The notes beneath the pieces are model-generated. The model ran no database searches and had not been told where the DNA came from. It was given only the letters and a program-made list of their open reading frames with translations. The position numbers and the translations under genes were made by a program. Of a DNA stretch of 64,000 nucleotides, positions 47,788-58,427 are shown piece by piece (within the stretch, counting starts at the first letter, position 1; each line of letters begins with the position of its first letter). Origin of the DNA: Candidatus Latescibacterota bacterium (GTDB lineage: Bacteria > Latescibacterota > UBA2968 > GCA-2709665); assembly GCA_965248435.1 (NCBI GenBank), contig OZ252100.1:1440001-1504000 (forward strand), given 5' to 3'.

Positions 47788-48282
47788 TTATGCCTTTTGA
47801 TTAGTCTGTTCGTATTGGGCCAGGAAGTCGTATATCCGCCGGTGAAGTCTTGCGTCTTCAAGCGCGTGGTGAATGTCGTCTTCTGATAATGGCAATTGAG
47901 GATTTCCGAGATGCCAGGCCCATTGGTGAAGGTCCCAGCACTCGAACGGCCAATTCGATGGAAGATCATCCAGGCCGCTAAACAGCACACGCGTTACCAG
48001 GTACCAGTCGTAAGTAGCAATGAAACTCCAAAACTCTGCCGGCTCATCTCCTACAAAATCTAGGAACTGGGTCGCAATGGAGGTTAGGGGTTTCCACGCC
48101 GGAGATTCTCGAGGCGCCAGATGAGGCAAGACATTCTCTTTGATCCAGGGCTTCACGGCATCGGGATCAAAATCTGTTGAGATTGCATAAAACTCCCGGT
48201 CGTCTTCTGCGACAGCACCCAAACTTATCAGTGCAACTTCCTTACCATCGTCGTAGTACTCCGTATCCAGCCAAAACCGCAT
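47788..48282 (-). CDS. DEDDh 3'-5' exoribonuclease, RNase AS (Rv2179c)-like
   Basis: LDTEY, LISLG, YDW, HHALEDAR. Confidence 0.85.
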   Translation of the reverse strand: MRFWLDTEYYDDGKEVALISLGAVAEDDREFYAISTDFDPDAVKPWIKENVLPHLAPRESPAWKPLTSIATQFLDFVGDEPAEFWSFIATYDWYLVTRVLFSGLDDLPSNWPFECWDLHQWAWHLGNPQLPLSEDDIHHALEDARLHRRIYDFLAQYEQTNQKA

Positions 48283-48359
48283 CTATCTTTTACCTCGTAT
48301 GTTGAATGAGAGCCAAGCCGCACCCAGGACCTGATTGATGCTCGTGTAAGCGCCAAAAC

Positions 48360-49118
48360 CTATGCTACCCAGAATGTTGAGAACCTCGCCTCTCTACTGT
48401 AACCAAGTTTCCTCGCAACCTTCGCAGAAGCAGTATTGCTCGCATCGCAGCACCAGTAGGTTTCGCAGCCGCGCTGCTCGCATAGCTGGATTAGCCGCGA
48501 GCAAGCAACCGTGGCATATCCTTTGCCTCTATTTTCCTCTCTGGTCAGCACGCCGATTTCTGCCGACCCGGCGCCAAAGTGGGCCGCATACGCCTCGGTG
48601 AGTATACAGTCGGCCTTCATGAGACAGAGGCCAATTCCATTCTGGAGAAAGGCATTCAAACTTCCACACGTCGTCTGCATAAAATCCTTCCAGGCACATC
48701 TCTCGAGCAGTTCCCGGTCCATTCTACGACAGTCGAGGTCCTGTCCGATTCGAAATCGATCGAGAGAGGATGAGCCTCCAGGACAACCATCGAACTGAAG
48801 CCTCGTGCCTTCCTCCAGGAAGGTAAGGGAACGAAAAAACTGATAGTCCCGCTCGTAAGGAGTGAAATGGACTCTCCAATTCGCCTGGAGTTGTGCCGCG
48901 ACCTCCGTTACCGCATCCCCTGTCAGCTCTCCCGATGCAAATGTGTTACCTGATGCTTCCGCAATGAACGCATAGCTGGGGGTCGATTCATCGTCTGCGA
49001 AAACTCTGCCGGGATTCATTCCTTCCAAGACAGCATACAGAAATGCCCTCTTGGGCACATCTGGAGTGAACATTCTAGAAATGCGGTTTGGAATTGGCCT
49101 AGTCTTGATCTCGAACAT
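48360..49118 (-). CDS. GNAT acetyltransferase (two-domain)
   Basis: EIGVLTREENRGKGYA, NTASAKVARKLGY. Confidence 0.88.
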   Translation of the reverse strand: MFEIKTRPIPNRISRMFTPDVPKRAFLYAVLEGMNPGRVFADDESTPSYAFIAEASGNTFASGELTGDAVTEVAAQLQANWRVHFTPYERDYQFFRSLTFLEEGTRLQFDGCPGGSSSLDRFRIGQDLDCRRMDRELLERCAWKDFMQTTCGSLNAFLQNGIGLCLMKADCILTEAYAAHFGAGSAEIGVLTREENRGKGYATVACSRLIQLCEQRGCETYWCCDASNTASAKVARKLGYSREARFSTFWVA

Positions 49119-49173
49119 CCGGGGGACGCCTATACCTGCTTCTCCTTCTCACTTGTAAGGTATTTCAACACCA

Positions 49174-49980
49174 TTAGCGATACGTCAACTTTGGCTCTTT
49201 CTGTCCTCTCCGTCTCAATCCCCCTACGACCAGGTTGTGATAGGGTTCCTCAGGTGCCATCCCAACGGGACGTATTTCAGCGTCGTGAAATCCGATACGC
49301 ACCGACTTTCGCCACGCACGGGTTCGGTTCATGTCGGACCAATGGATCGTGTAATAGCTAAAAAAGATGACATCGCCCTTTTTGGCCGGCACCTGAACCG
49401 TTTCTACGTGGTCTGGATGATATTTCTCAGGCGGCAGATACGGGCGCGTATGATCCCCGGTAATGTGCTCCAGGGGTCCCTGTTCGTGGCTTCCAGGAAC
49501 AACCCGGAGACATCCGCTCTCAGGTTCCGCATCGTCCAAATGCAGCAAACAGTCCACAAAGCCGGGTCCGTCGTGGGGATAGAAGGGATAGTCCTGGTGC
49601 ATCGGGAAAGGGGTGCCGCGTTCAGGCGGTTTGCCGTGCAGAATCGTATGATGCCACTGTACGTTTGGCCCGACAAGCGCCTTCACGCAATCGATCAACT
49701 TCTCGTGAAAGATCACACGACCCCAGGCAGGAGAATACCATTGTGGATTGGCAATAAAGACGGCTCGGGTGTCGTTCTGCTGGCCCTCCGGCAGGTAGTG
49801 ATCCCGCCACGGCCCGCGCCACCCAATGCTGTCCTCGCCCCACCAATCCTCAACAATCCGATTCATCTCTGAGTGGAGTTCTTCAATCTCATCCTTCGTG
49901 AAGATTCCAGAAACCTTTACATAGCCGTCCTTTTTGTAGGCTGTAATCTGTTCTTCCGTAGGCACAAAGGGTTTACCCAT
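49174..49980 (-). CDS. Phytanoyl-CoA dioxygenase (PhyH) family protein
   Basis: HQDYP, GCLRVVPGSH, GDVIFF...HWS. Confidence 0.92.
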   Translation of the reverse strand: MGKPFVPTEEQITAYKKDGYVKVSGIFTKDEIEELHSEMNRIVEDWWGEDSIGWRGPWRDHYLPEGQQNDTRAVFIANPQWYSPAWGRVIFHEKLIDCVKALVGPNVQWHHTILHGKPPERGTPFPMHQDYPFYPHDGPGFVDCLLHLDDAEPESGCLRVVPGSHEQGPLEHITGDHTRPYLPPEKYHPDHVETVQVPAKKGDVIFFSYYTIHWSDMNRTRAWRKSVRIGFHDAEIRPVGMAPEEPYHNLVVGGLRRRGQKEPKLTYR

Positions 49981-50063
49981 GTGTCTTCTCCGTGGGTGAT
50001 CGGTGTATCAAATGCCTCACCGACTTCAAATACCGGGAAGATTTAGCCATGTGTTGTTCTTTT

Positions 50064-50573
50064 CTAGGCTTCCAATAGATTGGCGACAATGAGAGCGCGG
50101 TGATGCAGCGGACTAAAGACGTTGGGTGCCAATTCTGAAAGGACCCGATCGGGTGGAACTAACTTGCGAGCCAGGATTTCGTGCTGGGGTACCCACTTCT
50201 CGAGTTGAACGCTCGCCAGCCAAAAGGACCGCACCAGCACCAGCCCCTTTTCGTGACCCCTGGTACATCCACCGCGGGAAAACCCGAGCAGCTTCGCCTC
50301 TTTAACTTCCACACAAGCTTCCTCCCTCATTTCACGCCGCAGCGTTTCCTCCCACGACTCGCCACCCTCTGGTCTACCTCCAGGGAAGTCCCAGCTTTTC
50401 CCATCGTGCGTAATCAGCACTACTTCACCACCGCCTGTCACGCAAATACCTGCCGACCCGTGACGTTGTCCCTCGGGAGGATCGTGAGACGGAAACCAGG
50501 CGGCGAGCCAGTCCTGCCCACCCGATTCTACCTGGAATTCTTCATATTCCCGCGCCGCTCGCGGCTGTTTCAC
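50064..50573 (-). CDS. NUDIX hydrolase
   Basis: PGGRPEGGESWEETLRREMREEA. Confidence 0.9.
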   Translation of the reverse strand: MKQPRAAREYEEFQVESGGQDWLAAWFPSHDPPEGQRHGSAGICVTGGGEVVLITHDGKSWDFPGGRPEGGESWEETLRREMREEACVEVKEAKLLGFSRGGCTRGHEKGLVLVRSFWLASVQLEKWVPQHEILARKLVPPDRVLSELAPNVFSPLHHRALIVANLLEA

Positions 50574-51298
50574 GGTTTCCTGCCTCCAAACAGAGCTAAC
50601 TCAAACAGTTTGAAAAAGCAGTCGACGTCAAGGAATCCGACCTGGCGAAGCCACTCACATTGAACATCGACCGGAGCAGGAATGTTCTCCTTCTTGTCCG
50701 GTCGGTTATAGTACGTCTCCGCGACCTCCTGCCTGGTCTTGTTCGGGGCTTTCGTCCTGTGGAAGCGATGAAGGTTATCAACAAAGAAATCATCGAAAAG
50801 CTCTTTACCAGAGGATGTGAGCGACGCGACGTGATCGAGGTTCAGGAATATGCCTCCCGTTGACAGGAGATCTAGGACCTCGGCATACAGTTCCTTCTTG
50901 CGGGTGTCTTGTTGATGATGGATGGCGAAACCTGAGACGACGATATCGAATTGAGCTTCGCCTCTGACATCCTTAAGCCACGCCGGCGTCGCAATATCGG
51001 CTTTAACAAGCACGGCGCGTTTGGCGTCATTCAATTGATCCCGTGCAGCGTTCAGCATGGGATCTGAAAAGTCTACAAAAGTCGCATGAATTGCGGGGTA
51101 CATGTTCATCAGAGACCGGCCGAGGATCCCGTCACCACAGCCTATATCGAGTATGCGCGAAGGCCGAGGGCACCACAATTGAGCAATCTTGGCCAGGACC
51201 TCAAATTGAAGGTCTGTGCCGGGAATGGCTCCTCGCACGCCTTGAAGAAAGACCCTTGCCGGATCCTCTTTTTGCCATTCGCTTTTGATTTCAGTCAT
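50570..51298 (-). CDS. Class I SAM-dependent methyltransferase
   Basis: ILDIGCGDG, VDFS, SGFAIHH. Confidence 0.9.
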   Translation of the reverse strand: MTEIKSEWQKEDPARVFLQGVRGAIPGTDLQFEVLAKIAQLWCPRPSRILDIGCGDGILGRSLMNMYPAIHATFVDFSDPMLNAARDQLNDAKRAVLVKADIATPAWLKDVRGEAQFDIVVSGFAIHHQQDTRKKELYAEVLDLLSTGGIFLNLDHVASLTSSGKELFDDFFVDNLHRFHRTKAPNKTRQEVAETYYNRPDKKENIPAPVDVQCEWLRQVGFLDVDCFFKLFELALFGGRKP

Positions 51299-51378
51299 TT
51301 TCGCCTCATCATCCGACTTGATCTTCCACGGCAGGTAACGCGCAAACGATTCCGGACAGCCAGCAGGCTAAAGCCATC

Positions 51379-52161
51379 TCAATCTCGATCTATCGAAAAC
51401 ATGAAGAATTCACCCAGTTCCTGATAGCCCATTCTCGCTGCGATGGCGATGGAAGCGGCATTGTCTGGTGTGCAATGCCACTGCGGCACGAGTCCCATGG
51501 ACAACCATGTATCGATAAAAGCAGCTGTCGTGAGCGTTGCATACCCTCTTCGTCTGTATTCCGGGCCTGTCGTGAGCGCTATATCGCATTCTCCTCCACC
51601 CACGAATGTCGTATGACAAAGGCTCGCAATCTGTTCTCCTTCAAGCAGCGCGTAGCCGAGTCCTTCAGAGAGGAATTTTTCCCTCCGGGGCCATAAGAAG
51701 CCTAAACGCGGGCGGTACGTGTTGACGATTCGATCGAAGAGGCTTTCGTCGACGCGCAGCATCCGGCAGCCCTTTGGAACTTTCTCGCTCCAGTTTCTGT
51801 TTGCGGAGAACCGCTCGGCATCCAGTCGAAATGTCTTCATTCGGAATCCCTTTGACTGTTCTCTAAAGTGGGCTTCTATACTGGTTTTCCAGTCCTGGGG
51901 ATGGATGCACAGGGAATACGGACGATCTTTGCTGGTCAATTCGCCTGGCAAACTGTGACCCGCGCCAGCACCTGCGAGGTAGTTGTAGTTGGTAGCTCCA
52001 CATATGAGAACCTGAGCGGGCCGGGTCCTGTCGTCAACAAACACCGTACCCGCTTGATGCCCATCCACCACCGAGAAAGCGATAGGAGAGTAGTACTCCA
52101 CTTCGCTCAGTAAAGATGAAACGATGCTGTACTCGTTTTTCTCAAGTTCGATCACGAGCAA
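51379..52161 (-). CDS. GNAT acetyltransferase (two-domain)
   Basis: DIALTTGPEYRRRGYA, NAASIAIAARMGY. Confidence 0.88.
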   Translation of the reverse strand: MLVIELEKNEYSIVSSLLSEVEYYSPIAFSVVDGHQAGTVFVDDRTRPAQVLICGATNYNYLAGAGAGHSLPGELTSKDRPYSLCIHPQDWKTSIEAHFREQSKGFRMKTFRLDAERFSANRNWSEKVPKGCRMLRVDESLFDRIVNTYRPRLGFLWPRREKFLSEGLGYALLEGEQIASLCHTTFVGGGECDIALTTGPEYRRRGYATLTTAAFIDTWLSMGLVPQWHCTPDNAASIAIAARMGYQELGEFFMFSIDRD

Positions 52162-52178
52162 TTCCTCTCATCGAGGTC

Positions 52179-52550
52179 CTACACGTGTTGATCAACAAGA
52201 ATGGGATTGCCGTCCGGATCAACCACAATAAAGCTTGCCGGTCCTGAACTCTCCTCATCCGTTTCAGTCTGTATTCTGATACCTTTTGTCTTAAGCTCTC
52301 GTTGGAGATCTCTCACGTCCGTAAATGAATCCAGTTTCGTGGCATTTCGATCCCAGCCGGGATTGAAAGTCAAACTGTTCTTTTCAAACATTCCTTGAAA
52401 CAGTCCGATCGTGCAATCACCATTTTTCATAATGAGCCAATTTTGCGAAAGGTCGCCGCCAAAGACCTCGAAGCCGAGGTTCTCATAAAATGATCTTGAA
52501 GCTTGAATTTCCTTAACATTCAGACTTACTGAAAATGCACCTAATGTCAT
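52179..52550 (-). CDS. VOC family protein
   Basis: [31 protein letters not shown]. Confidence 0.9.
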   Translation of the reverse strand: MTLGAFSVSLNVKEIQASRSFYENLGFEVFGGDLSQNWLIMKNGDCTIGLFQGMFEKNSLTFNPGWDRNATKLDSFTDVRDLQRELKTKGIRIQTETDEESSGPASFIVVDPDGNPILVDQHV

Positions 52551-52648
52551 ATTTCCTCCTCGTGACAGTCGCAACCAAAGGTTCGTGTTGAAAGGATATC
52601 AAAACGACGGACAATTGCATATAGTTGGAGTTTTTGGTTGGGGGAGGA

Positions 52649-52703
52649 CAGGTTGGGATCGGAGGGCGCGAAGCGCCCGCAGCCGCAGCGCCGCCTGTTA
52701 TGC
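52649..52703 (-). repeat. Half attC relic (R'' side) of the same family as attC1-5
   Basis: caggttggga..ggcgcgaagcgcc.gcagccgcagc...gttatgc compared with attC3 caggttgggcgaaggcgcgaacgcgccggagccgcagcccggcgtgttatac; lies downstream of gene 52772-53818. Confidence 0.7.
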
Positions 52704-52771
52704 GCCGGCAGCCCCCTTCGCTGCAAAGCCCTTAAAGGGAAAGGAGAGAAGGCTCGAGAAAGCGCCTCCTT

Positions 52772-53818
52772 TTACACCGGGAACGGAACATTATAACGTT
52801 GGCCGAGTTCTGCCAGTTCATCGGCTAAACCCGCTTCCACCGGGATGCCCTCAGTGAGACGCTGCTCGCGCCGTAAGCCCTCGATCTCCCCAGGGTAGTA
52901 GACTCGATCAAAGCCCGCAGCCGGTTCCAAGGCAGTAAACTCACTCAACATCTCGTCTAGATTTCGTTTAAATATGTCCAAAGGCATAAACCGTTTGGTA
53001 TCGATAGCCATTATAAAGTGCCCGAGATGTCTTGGGGCATCCATCTCTCCGTACATCTGATTGATGTGTGGTCCCCACAGCATACCCGCCAACAGGCTGC
53101 AGAAGATATCGATAACCATAGCCAAACCACTACCCTTGGGACCAGCCACCGGGTGCAATCCCGCTACAGCAGCCGGATCCGTTGTGGGATTACCAGCGGC
53201 ATCCATGGCCCACGTATCCGGGATCGAATCTCCCTCAACCGCAGCCAAGGCAATCTTGCCGTAAGGAATTGATGAGGTGGCCATGTCCAGCACAATGGGG
53301 ATGCCATCGGTAGGGAATCCGAAACAGATGGGATTGGTGCCAAAGAAAGCCTTGCGGGCGCCGAAGGGAACCAGAAGGGCATCAGTAGCCGTCATGCTCA
53401 TGCCCACATACCCTTCCGAGACCATGCGCAGTGTGTAAAAGCCGGCCATGCCAAAGTGGCTGGAGTTTCCAATGGAAACGATGCCGGTCCCAGCCTCTGC
53501 CGCTAGTTCCATGGCGTGGCTGGTCGCGTGATAGGCGACCACGTGACCCAAGCCATCCCCACCGTTTATGATACCGATCGAAGGTGCTGTTCGCGCAAAG
53601 TCGAGTTGTGGACGCGCCTTGATCGTGCCATTCTCCAGGCGTCGGACGTAATGGGCCAAGCGTACGATCCCGTGTGTGTCTATTCCTGATAGATTGGCGG
53701 TAAGCAGACAGTTGGCGACAATAGCGGCATCGTCCTTTGGTACCCCAACCGTGTTCAATAGATCCACAACGAAGACCGAAAGCTTGCTCTCTGGAATCAA
53801 GACCGGCTTGTTATCCAT
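52772..53818 (-). CDS. Ldh_2 family oxidoreductase (malate/L-lactate/ureidoglycolate dehydrogenase-like)
   Basis: GIDTHG, SSHFG, GTNP, LDMATS, KGSGL, YPGE. Confidence 0.93.
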   Translation of the reverse strand: MDNKPVLIPESKLSVFVVDLLNTVGVPKDDAAIVANCLLTANLSGIDTHGIVRLAHYVRRLENGTIKARPQLDFARTAPSIGIINGGDGLGHVVAYHATSHAMELAAEAGTGIVSIGNSSHFGMAGFYTLRMVSEGYVGMSMTATDALLVPFGARKAFFGTNPICFGFPTDGIPIVLDMATSSIPYGKIALAAVEGDSIPDTWAMDAAGNPTTDPAAVAGLHPVAGPKGSGLAMVIDIFCSLLAGMLWGPHINQMYGEMDAPRHLGHFIMAIDTKRFMPLDIFKRNLDEMLSEFTALEPAAGFDRVYYPGEIEGLRREQRLTEGIPVEAGLADELAELGQRYNVPFPV

Positions 53819-53966
53819 AGCAGACGATTCCTTTCATAGTTGACTCCGTTATGCTCAGCTCCGGTTGAGAACCGACGTTTGATCCCTCTGGTTGCACAAG
53901 CTGAAAACTCTTGTTCTAAACCAGCATAATCAGTATAGCAGAGTGGTGAACTATTATTCATCAGCC

Positions 53967-54710
53967 TTATCCCATGTACATTCCGCCGTTGATGTCAAGC
54001 ACAACGCCGGTGATGTAACTGGCCAGCGGTGAAGCTAGGAACAGGATCACGTTAGCTACATCCTGTGGCTCACCAAGACGACCTAACGGGATCTGTTTCA
54101 GGTAGGCGTCCTCGTTCCCGCCGATCTGCTCCTTGACTGGTTCAGTTAGAATGATGCCTGGAGCAACGGCATTGGCTGTGATGCCAAATGGACCACCCTC
54201 TTTTGCCAGCGACCGCGTAAGGCCAATCAACCCAGCCTTCGACGCCGTGTAATGGACGCCCACCTCGATCCCACCAACCCGAGCAGCCAGCGACGAGAAG
54301 GTAATGATCCTGCCGTTTCTACGACGCCTCATACCCTCCATAAAAGCCTGACAGACGAGGTACGTGCCACGTAGATTCACGTCCAGGACCAGGTCCCACT
54401 CATCTACAGGCACGGCGGCGACGCCTTTTCGATAGGAAATCAGCCCAGCACAGTTAACGAGAATGTCCACTCCGCCCACGTCGGAATTCACTCGCTGCTG
54501 CATACCCTTGACAGCCCCCGGATCCCTTAGATCGCATCGTATTGCCCGACCCGAACCGATTGATGCAATCGTCTCCTGAACACCTGATTCGTCGATGTCC
54601 ACGGCAATAACAGTTGCACCCACTCGAGCAAGCGTTACAGCACAGGCTCTGCCGATTCCAGAAGCGGCGCCCGTAATGAGGGCGACCTTTTCAGAAAGAT
54701 CAATTTGCAC
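53967..54710 (-). CDS. SDR oxidoreductase (FabG-like)
   Basis: TGAASGIG, YTASK, NAVAPG, DINGG. Confidence 0.93.
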   Translation of the reverse strand: MQIDLSEKVALITGAASGIGRACAVTLARVGATVIAVDIDESGVQETIASIGSGRAIRCDLRDPGAVKGMQQRVNSDVGGVDILVNCAGLISYRKGVAAVPVDEWDLVLDVNLRGTYLVCQAFMEGMRRRRNGRIITFSSLAARVGGIEVGVHYTASKAGLIGLTRSLAKEGGPFGITANAVAPGIILTEPVKEQIGGNEDAYLKQIPLGRLGEPQDVANVILFLASPLASYITGVVLDINGGMYMG

Positions 54711-54846
54711 GTGAAATGTTCTCCCTATATAGGGGACTATTGAGTTCGGGCCTTCGCTGGGCGCTCACGTCGACACGAAACTGTGAGTGTTCATTGGTTG
54801 AGGACCTAGATCGAAGTCAGCACGACCTAAAGTCACCTCGCCTCTC

Positions 54847-56145
54847 CTAGCCTCTTCTCATCCTGAGCCCACACCAGTCTATTGTGAGCGAGGCGAGAAC
54901 CTCAGCGACCCGCTGCATTGAGTCGATGCTCACTTTCTCATCGATTCCGTGGATGTTTTCCGACTTCGGCCCGTAGCACGTGGCCGGCGTGTCGTAATAG
55001 AGGTTGAAGTATCGAGCATCGGTCGTCGCCTTGAGCAGCGCCCCTTCGGGTGTCTCACCTCGCCAGTCCTTGTGTGCCTTCATCAGGTCCCGCCCGAGTT
55101 CCGACTCCGGATCGAAACTGCAGCCTTCGGCCTGAAACCCGACGTACTCGACGCGGGGTGGGAAATCTTTGAGCCACGGATCGGCGGCGGCGGCCACTTC
55201 CACGCAGGTTTCGATCTCCGTCAAGACATCGGGCACACGTTCGTCGGGCAGCACACCCATTCGAAACCGGGTGAAGCAATCCCCCGCCACGGTGCTCGCC
55301 CAGTCCCCGCCGCGAATAATGCCCACGTTCAGATTGACTGGGTGCTCGACCCCTGCGTAGAGTTCGGGGATGCGGTCCGGGAGGTTGCGTTCGACTTCCA
55401 GGTCCCGAAGCGCCTGGATGATCACCCACGACTTCTCGATCGCGTTCACGCCCTTTTCTGTGCCGAGTACGTGCGCCGTTTTCCCGAGCACACGCGTCTG
55501 GAACCAGATCACGCCTGCCTGCCCCCTCATGTAGGTCTCTCCGAACGGCTCCGGGATCACGCAGGCGTCCGCGGTGTAGCCTTCTGCCAGCAGCGCCAGC
55601 GTTCCATTGCCCGAACACTCCTCTTCGATCGGAGACTGCCAGACCACCCGTGATGCCAGCTCGACACCTATATCCTGAAGCGCAGCCAGCACCCACAGCG
55701 TGCAGACGGAGCCACCCTTCATGTCGGCCGCACCTCGGCCGTAGATCCAGGTCTCTCCGTCCTGCTCGTTTTCGACGATCCGAGGTTCGAACGGCGGGGA
55801 GGCCCAGAGCTCGGTCGGCTCAGGGCTCACCACGTCCACGTGTCCGTTGAAAACGAGTGACCTTCCCGCATCGCTTCCCGGGGCGTGGATGCCCACGACG
55901 TTCTGGCGCCCCTCGTAACCCCAGTCCACCGGGCTGAATCCGGGCAGGCCCTTGATCTGGTCGATATCGACCGGCACCATCCGGGTCTCGAGACCTAGCG
56001 AATCGTAGACCCCCGCGATGAATTCCTGGGCCGACGCCTCCTCGCCGAGTACGCTGCCGTGCCGCACCCAGTCGCTCAGGACCTTCACAGCCCAAGCCCG
56101 CCGCGAATCTATTGCCTCCTGGATGTCTGCTCGATCAGGGTTCAC
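54847..56145 (-). CDS. ArgE/DapE family M20 deacylase
   Basis: NGHVDVV, GRGAADMKGG, EEE, HGIDE. Confidence 0.92.
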   Translation of the reverse strand: MNPDRADIQEAIDSRRAWAVKVLSDWVRHGSVLGEEASAQEFIAGVYDSLGLETRMVPVDIDQIKGLPGFSPVDWGYEGRQNVVGIHAPGSDAGRSLVFNGHVDVVSPEPTELWASPPFEPRIVENEQDGETWIYGRGAADMKGGSVCTLWVLAALQDIGVELASRVVWQSPIEEECSGNGTLALLAEGYTADACVIPEPFGETYMRGQAGVIWFQTRVLGKTAHVLGTEKGVNAIEKSWVIIQALRDLEVERNLPDRIPELYAGVEHPVNLNVGIIRGGDWASTVAGDCFTRFRMGVLPDERVPDVLTEIETCVEVAAAADPWLKDFPPRVEYVGFQAEGCSFDPESELGRDLMKAHKDWRGETPEGALLKATTDARYFNLYYDTPATCYGPKSENIHGIDEKVSIDSMQRVAEVLASLTIDWCGLRMRRG

Positions 56146-57527
56146 AATTTTATCCAGGGAAAGCCCGTCGTCATGTAACCTGTCACCGTTCCGTCGCTGT
56201 CGCGGCGGAATTCTACCCGCTCCCCGGCACCGCGACCCGAGGTCGCCAGAAAGGCATCGGGATCTTCCGTGGGCTCCAGCCTCACGGGCGGAGGCTGTCG
56301 ACCGTCGGCAGGCGGTGAGACGAGCAGAAGCTCACCTTCGCAGGTCTCGACCGAGGTTTGATTTCCGAGCGTCGTCGAAACGTAACTGCCCACGAACGCC
56401 TGCCACGCCTTCGGCGTCGAGACCGGCGACGTCACCGTTGTTTCTTCGGGCCCCTCAGTTTCCGCGCCCGTTATCGTCTCGATGATACGGGCAAGGAGGG
56501 GATACCGGGCCGAGTGACCGTCACTGTTGGTCAGGGCGACAAGCCCCAGACGGCGCTCCGGGCTGAAGAAGATCTGGCTCAGAAACCCCTGAAGACCGCC
56601 CCCGTGTCCCAGGAAGATGTCCTTGCCGATGCGCTGTCCCCACCAGGGCAGGCAATAGCCCGTGTCCCAGCCAGAATCCACGAACTGAGGACGCTGCATC
56701 TCCTTCAGCGAGGATCCCGCCAGCACCTGGGCATCGGCTCGTTCCGAAACATCCGTCCTGAACTGAAAGGCGATCCACCTGGCAAGGTCGGCCACGCAGG
56801 AATAGAGACCCCCGGCCGCGACGTAGCCGTTGAGGTGCGGATGAGGCGCGATCGATGTGGAGGTCTCGTGAGAAAGGATCTGGTAGCCGGTGGCAACGCG
56901 GGGGCGCAAAGCGTCCGTCAGCTCGAAGCTGCTGGTGCGCATACCGAGGGGGTCGAGGATATTCGTCAGCACATATTCGGTGTAGGATTGGCCCGAAACA
57001 CGGCTCACTACCTCGCCCAGCAGTGCGAAGGCCAGGTTGGAATACTTGAATGCGAGGTCGGGGTCGATGACGACTTCGACGTCAGGCAGGACCTTCAGGA
57101 TCTCCTCTATCCCGGGAAATTCGAGCGTCTCCCACTGGTCCCCCGGCGCCTCGGCCATAAGCCCGGAGTGGTGGCACATCAGCCGCCGAAGGGTCACGGC
57201 CTCGATGTTTCCCGCGCGGGCCTCTACGTCCGCGAACTCACCGATGTGCTTGACCACGGGATCATCGAGGCTGAGCCTGCCGCAGTCGCGGAGCTGGAAG
57301 ATTGCCGTGCCCGTGAAAGTCTTCGTGATCGAGGCGACCCGGTAGAGGGTATGCTCGTCAGGCTTCCGCTCCGACTCCAGGTCCGCATAACCGAAACCGC
57401 CCGTCCAGACCAGTTCCTGATCTCTGACGACGCCGATAGACACGCCAACCGGGCGCTGCTCGTCCAGCACCTCGGCGACCTGCTCCTCCAGCTGTTCAGA
57501 TATAGACCCTGTGACGGGATCGTCCAC
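56142..57527 (-). CDS. Serine hydrolase, beta-lactamase (AmpC-like) family
   Basis: SITK (SxxK), YSN, HGG motifs. Confidence 0.9.
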   Translation of the reverse strand: MDDPVTGSISEQLEEQVAEVLDEQRPVGVSIGVVRDQELVWTGGFGYADLESERKPDEHTLYRVASITKTFTGTAIFQLRDCGRLSLDDPVVKHIGEFADVEARAGNIEAVTLRRLMCHHSGLMAEAPGDQWETLEFPGIEEILKVLPDVEVVIDPDLAFKYSNLAFALLGEVVSRVSGQSYTEYVLTNILDPLGMRTSSFELTDALRPRVATGYQILSHETSTSIAPHPHLNGYVAAGGLYSCVADLARWIAFQFRTDVSERADAQVLAGSSLKEMQRPQFVDSGWDTGYCLPWWGQRIGKDIFLGHGGGLQGFLSQIFFSPERRLGLVALTNSDGHSARYPLLARIIETITGAETEGPEETTVTSPVSTPKAWQAFVGSYVSTTLGNQTSVETCEGELLLVSPPADGRQPPPVRLEPTEDPDAFLATSGRGAGERVEFRRDSDGTVTGYMTTGFPWIKL

Positions 57528-57581
57528 AGACTGCGCTCCGTTTCTCGCAGCTTGTTGATTACGGGAAGTGACGCATCTATT

Positions 57582-57863
57582 TCACTCCGTCCGGCTCGTC
57601 ACCTCGATCAGATGATACCCGAACTGGGTCTGGACCGGGCCCTGTACGGTCCCGATATCTGCACTGAAGACGACCTGGTCGAACTCCTTGACCATCTGGC
57701 CCGGGCCGAACTCGCCGAGATCTCCGCCCTCTTTTCCGGACGGGCACTGGGAATGCTCCTTCGCGACGTCGGCGAAATCAGCCCCCCCTTCGATCTGGGT
57801 CTTGAGATCCTCACACGCTTCCTGAGTCGGCACCAGAATGTGACGGGCACTCGCTAAAGCCAT
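57582..57863 (-). CDS. ppiC: Parvulin peptidyl-prolyl cis-trans isomerase
   Basis: 93 aa; ARHILV, HSQCPSGKEGGDLG, MVKEFD, TQFGYHLI. Confidence 0.93.
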   Translation of the reverse strand: MALASARHILVPTQEACEDLKTQIEGGADFADVAKEHSQCPSGKEGGDLGEFGPGQMVKEFDQVVFSADIGTVQGPVQTQFGYHLIEVTSRTE

Positions 57864-57966
57864 TACGTCCTCCCCATGTGAAAGTACGCTACTCTTGACC
57901 ACGGACCACGGACCGCTGACCGCCGACCGCCGACGAATGATCACGCTATTCATCTCGCCGTCCGCT

Positions 57967-58410
57967 CTATCCCAGCAATCCCATACAACACTTCTTGAAC
58001 TTCTGACCGCTCCCGCAGGGGCACGGATCGTTCCGGCCCACTTTCGCAAATTTCTTGCGCACCGTCTCGCCCCGAACGGATCCATCGTCGCGGAACCGTT
58101 CAACGTAGCCCGTCTCCAGCTGGGGGATCCAATTCGCCCACCGGTCCGCCTCGGGAAACCTGCCCGTCGTCGAGACGTAGCTCAGAAACGCTTGAAGCAG
58201 TTCCGGGAACGCCTTCCGGACCGGCAAAGGCAGATCCAGCTGGGCGACCTTTTTCAATGACGTTTCGAATCGTTCCTCGGAGAGCTCATCCCCCGTCTCC
58301 TGACACCACGCGGACAGGAGGGAATCGGCGTGCTCCTTCAAGTCCTGATTGAGAAACAGGAAATGCTCCGAGGTGCAATACTCAGGAACAAAATCCGACA
58401 GTCTGTGCAT
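57967..58410 (-). CDS. SEC-C motif protein
   Basis: [20 protein letters not shown]. Confidence 0.9.
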   Translation of the reverse strand: MHRLSDFVPEYCTSEHFLFLNQDLKEHADSLLSAWCQETGDELSEERFETSLKKVAQLDLPLPVRKAFPELLQAFLSYVSTTGRFPEADRWANWIPQLETGYVERFRDDGSVRGETVRKKFAKVGRNDPCPCGSGQKFKKCCMGLLG

Positions 58411-58427
58411 GAATCTCGAGCCCTGGA

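Noticed and set aside
56142-57527. True beta-lactamase resistance gene
   Set aside because: There is no signal peptide and it has a C-terminal extension typical of the broad serine hydrolase/peptidase family.
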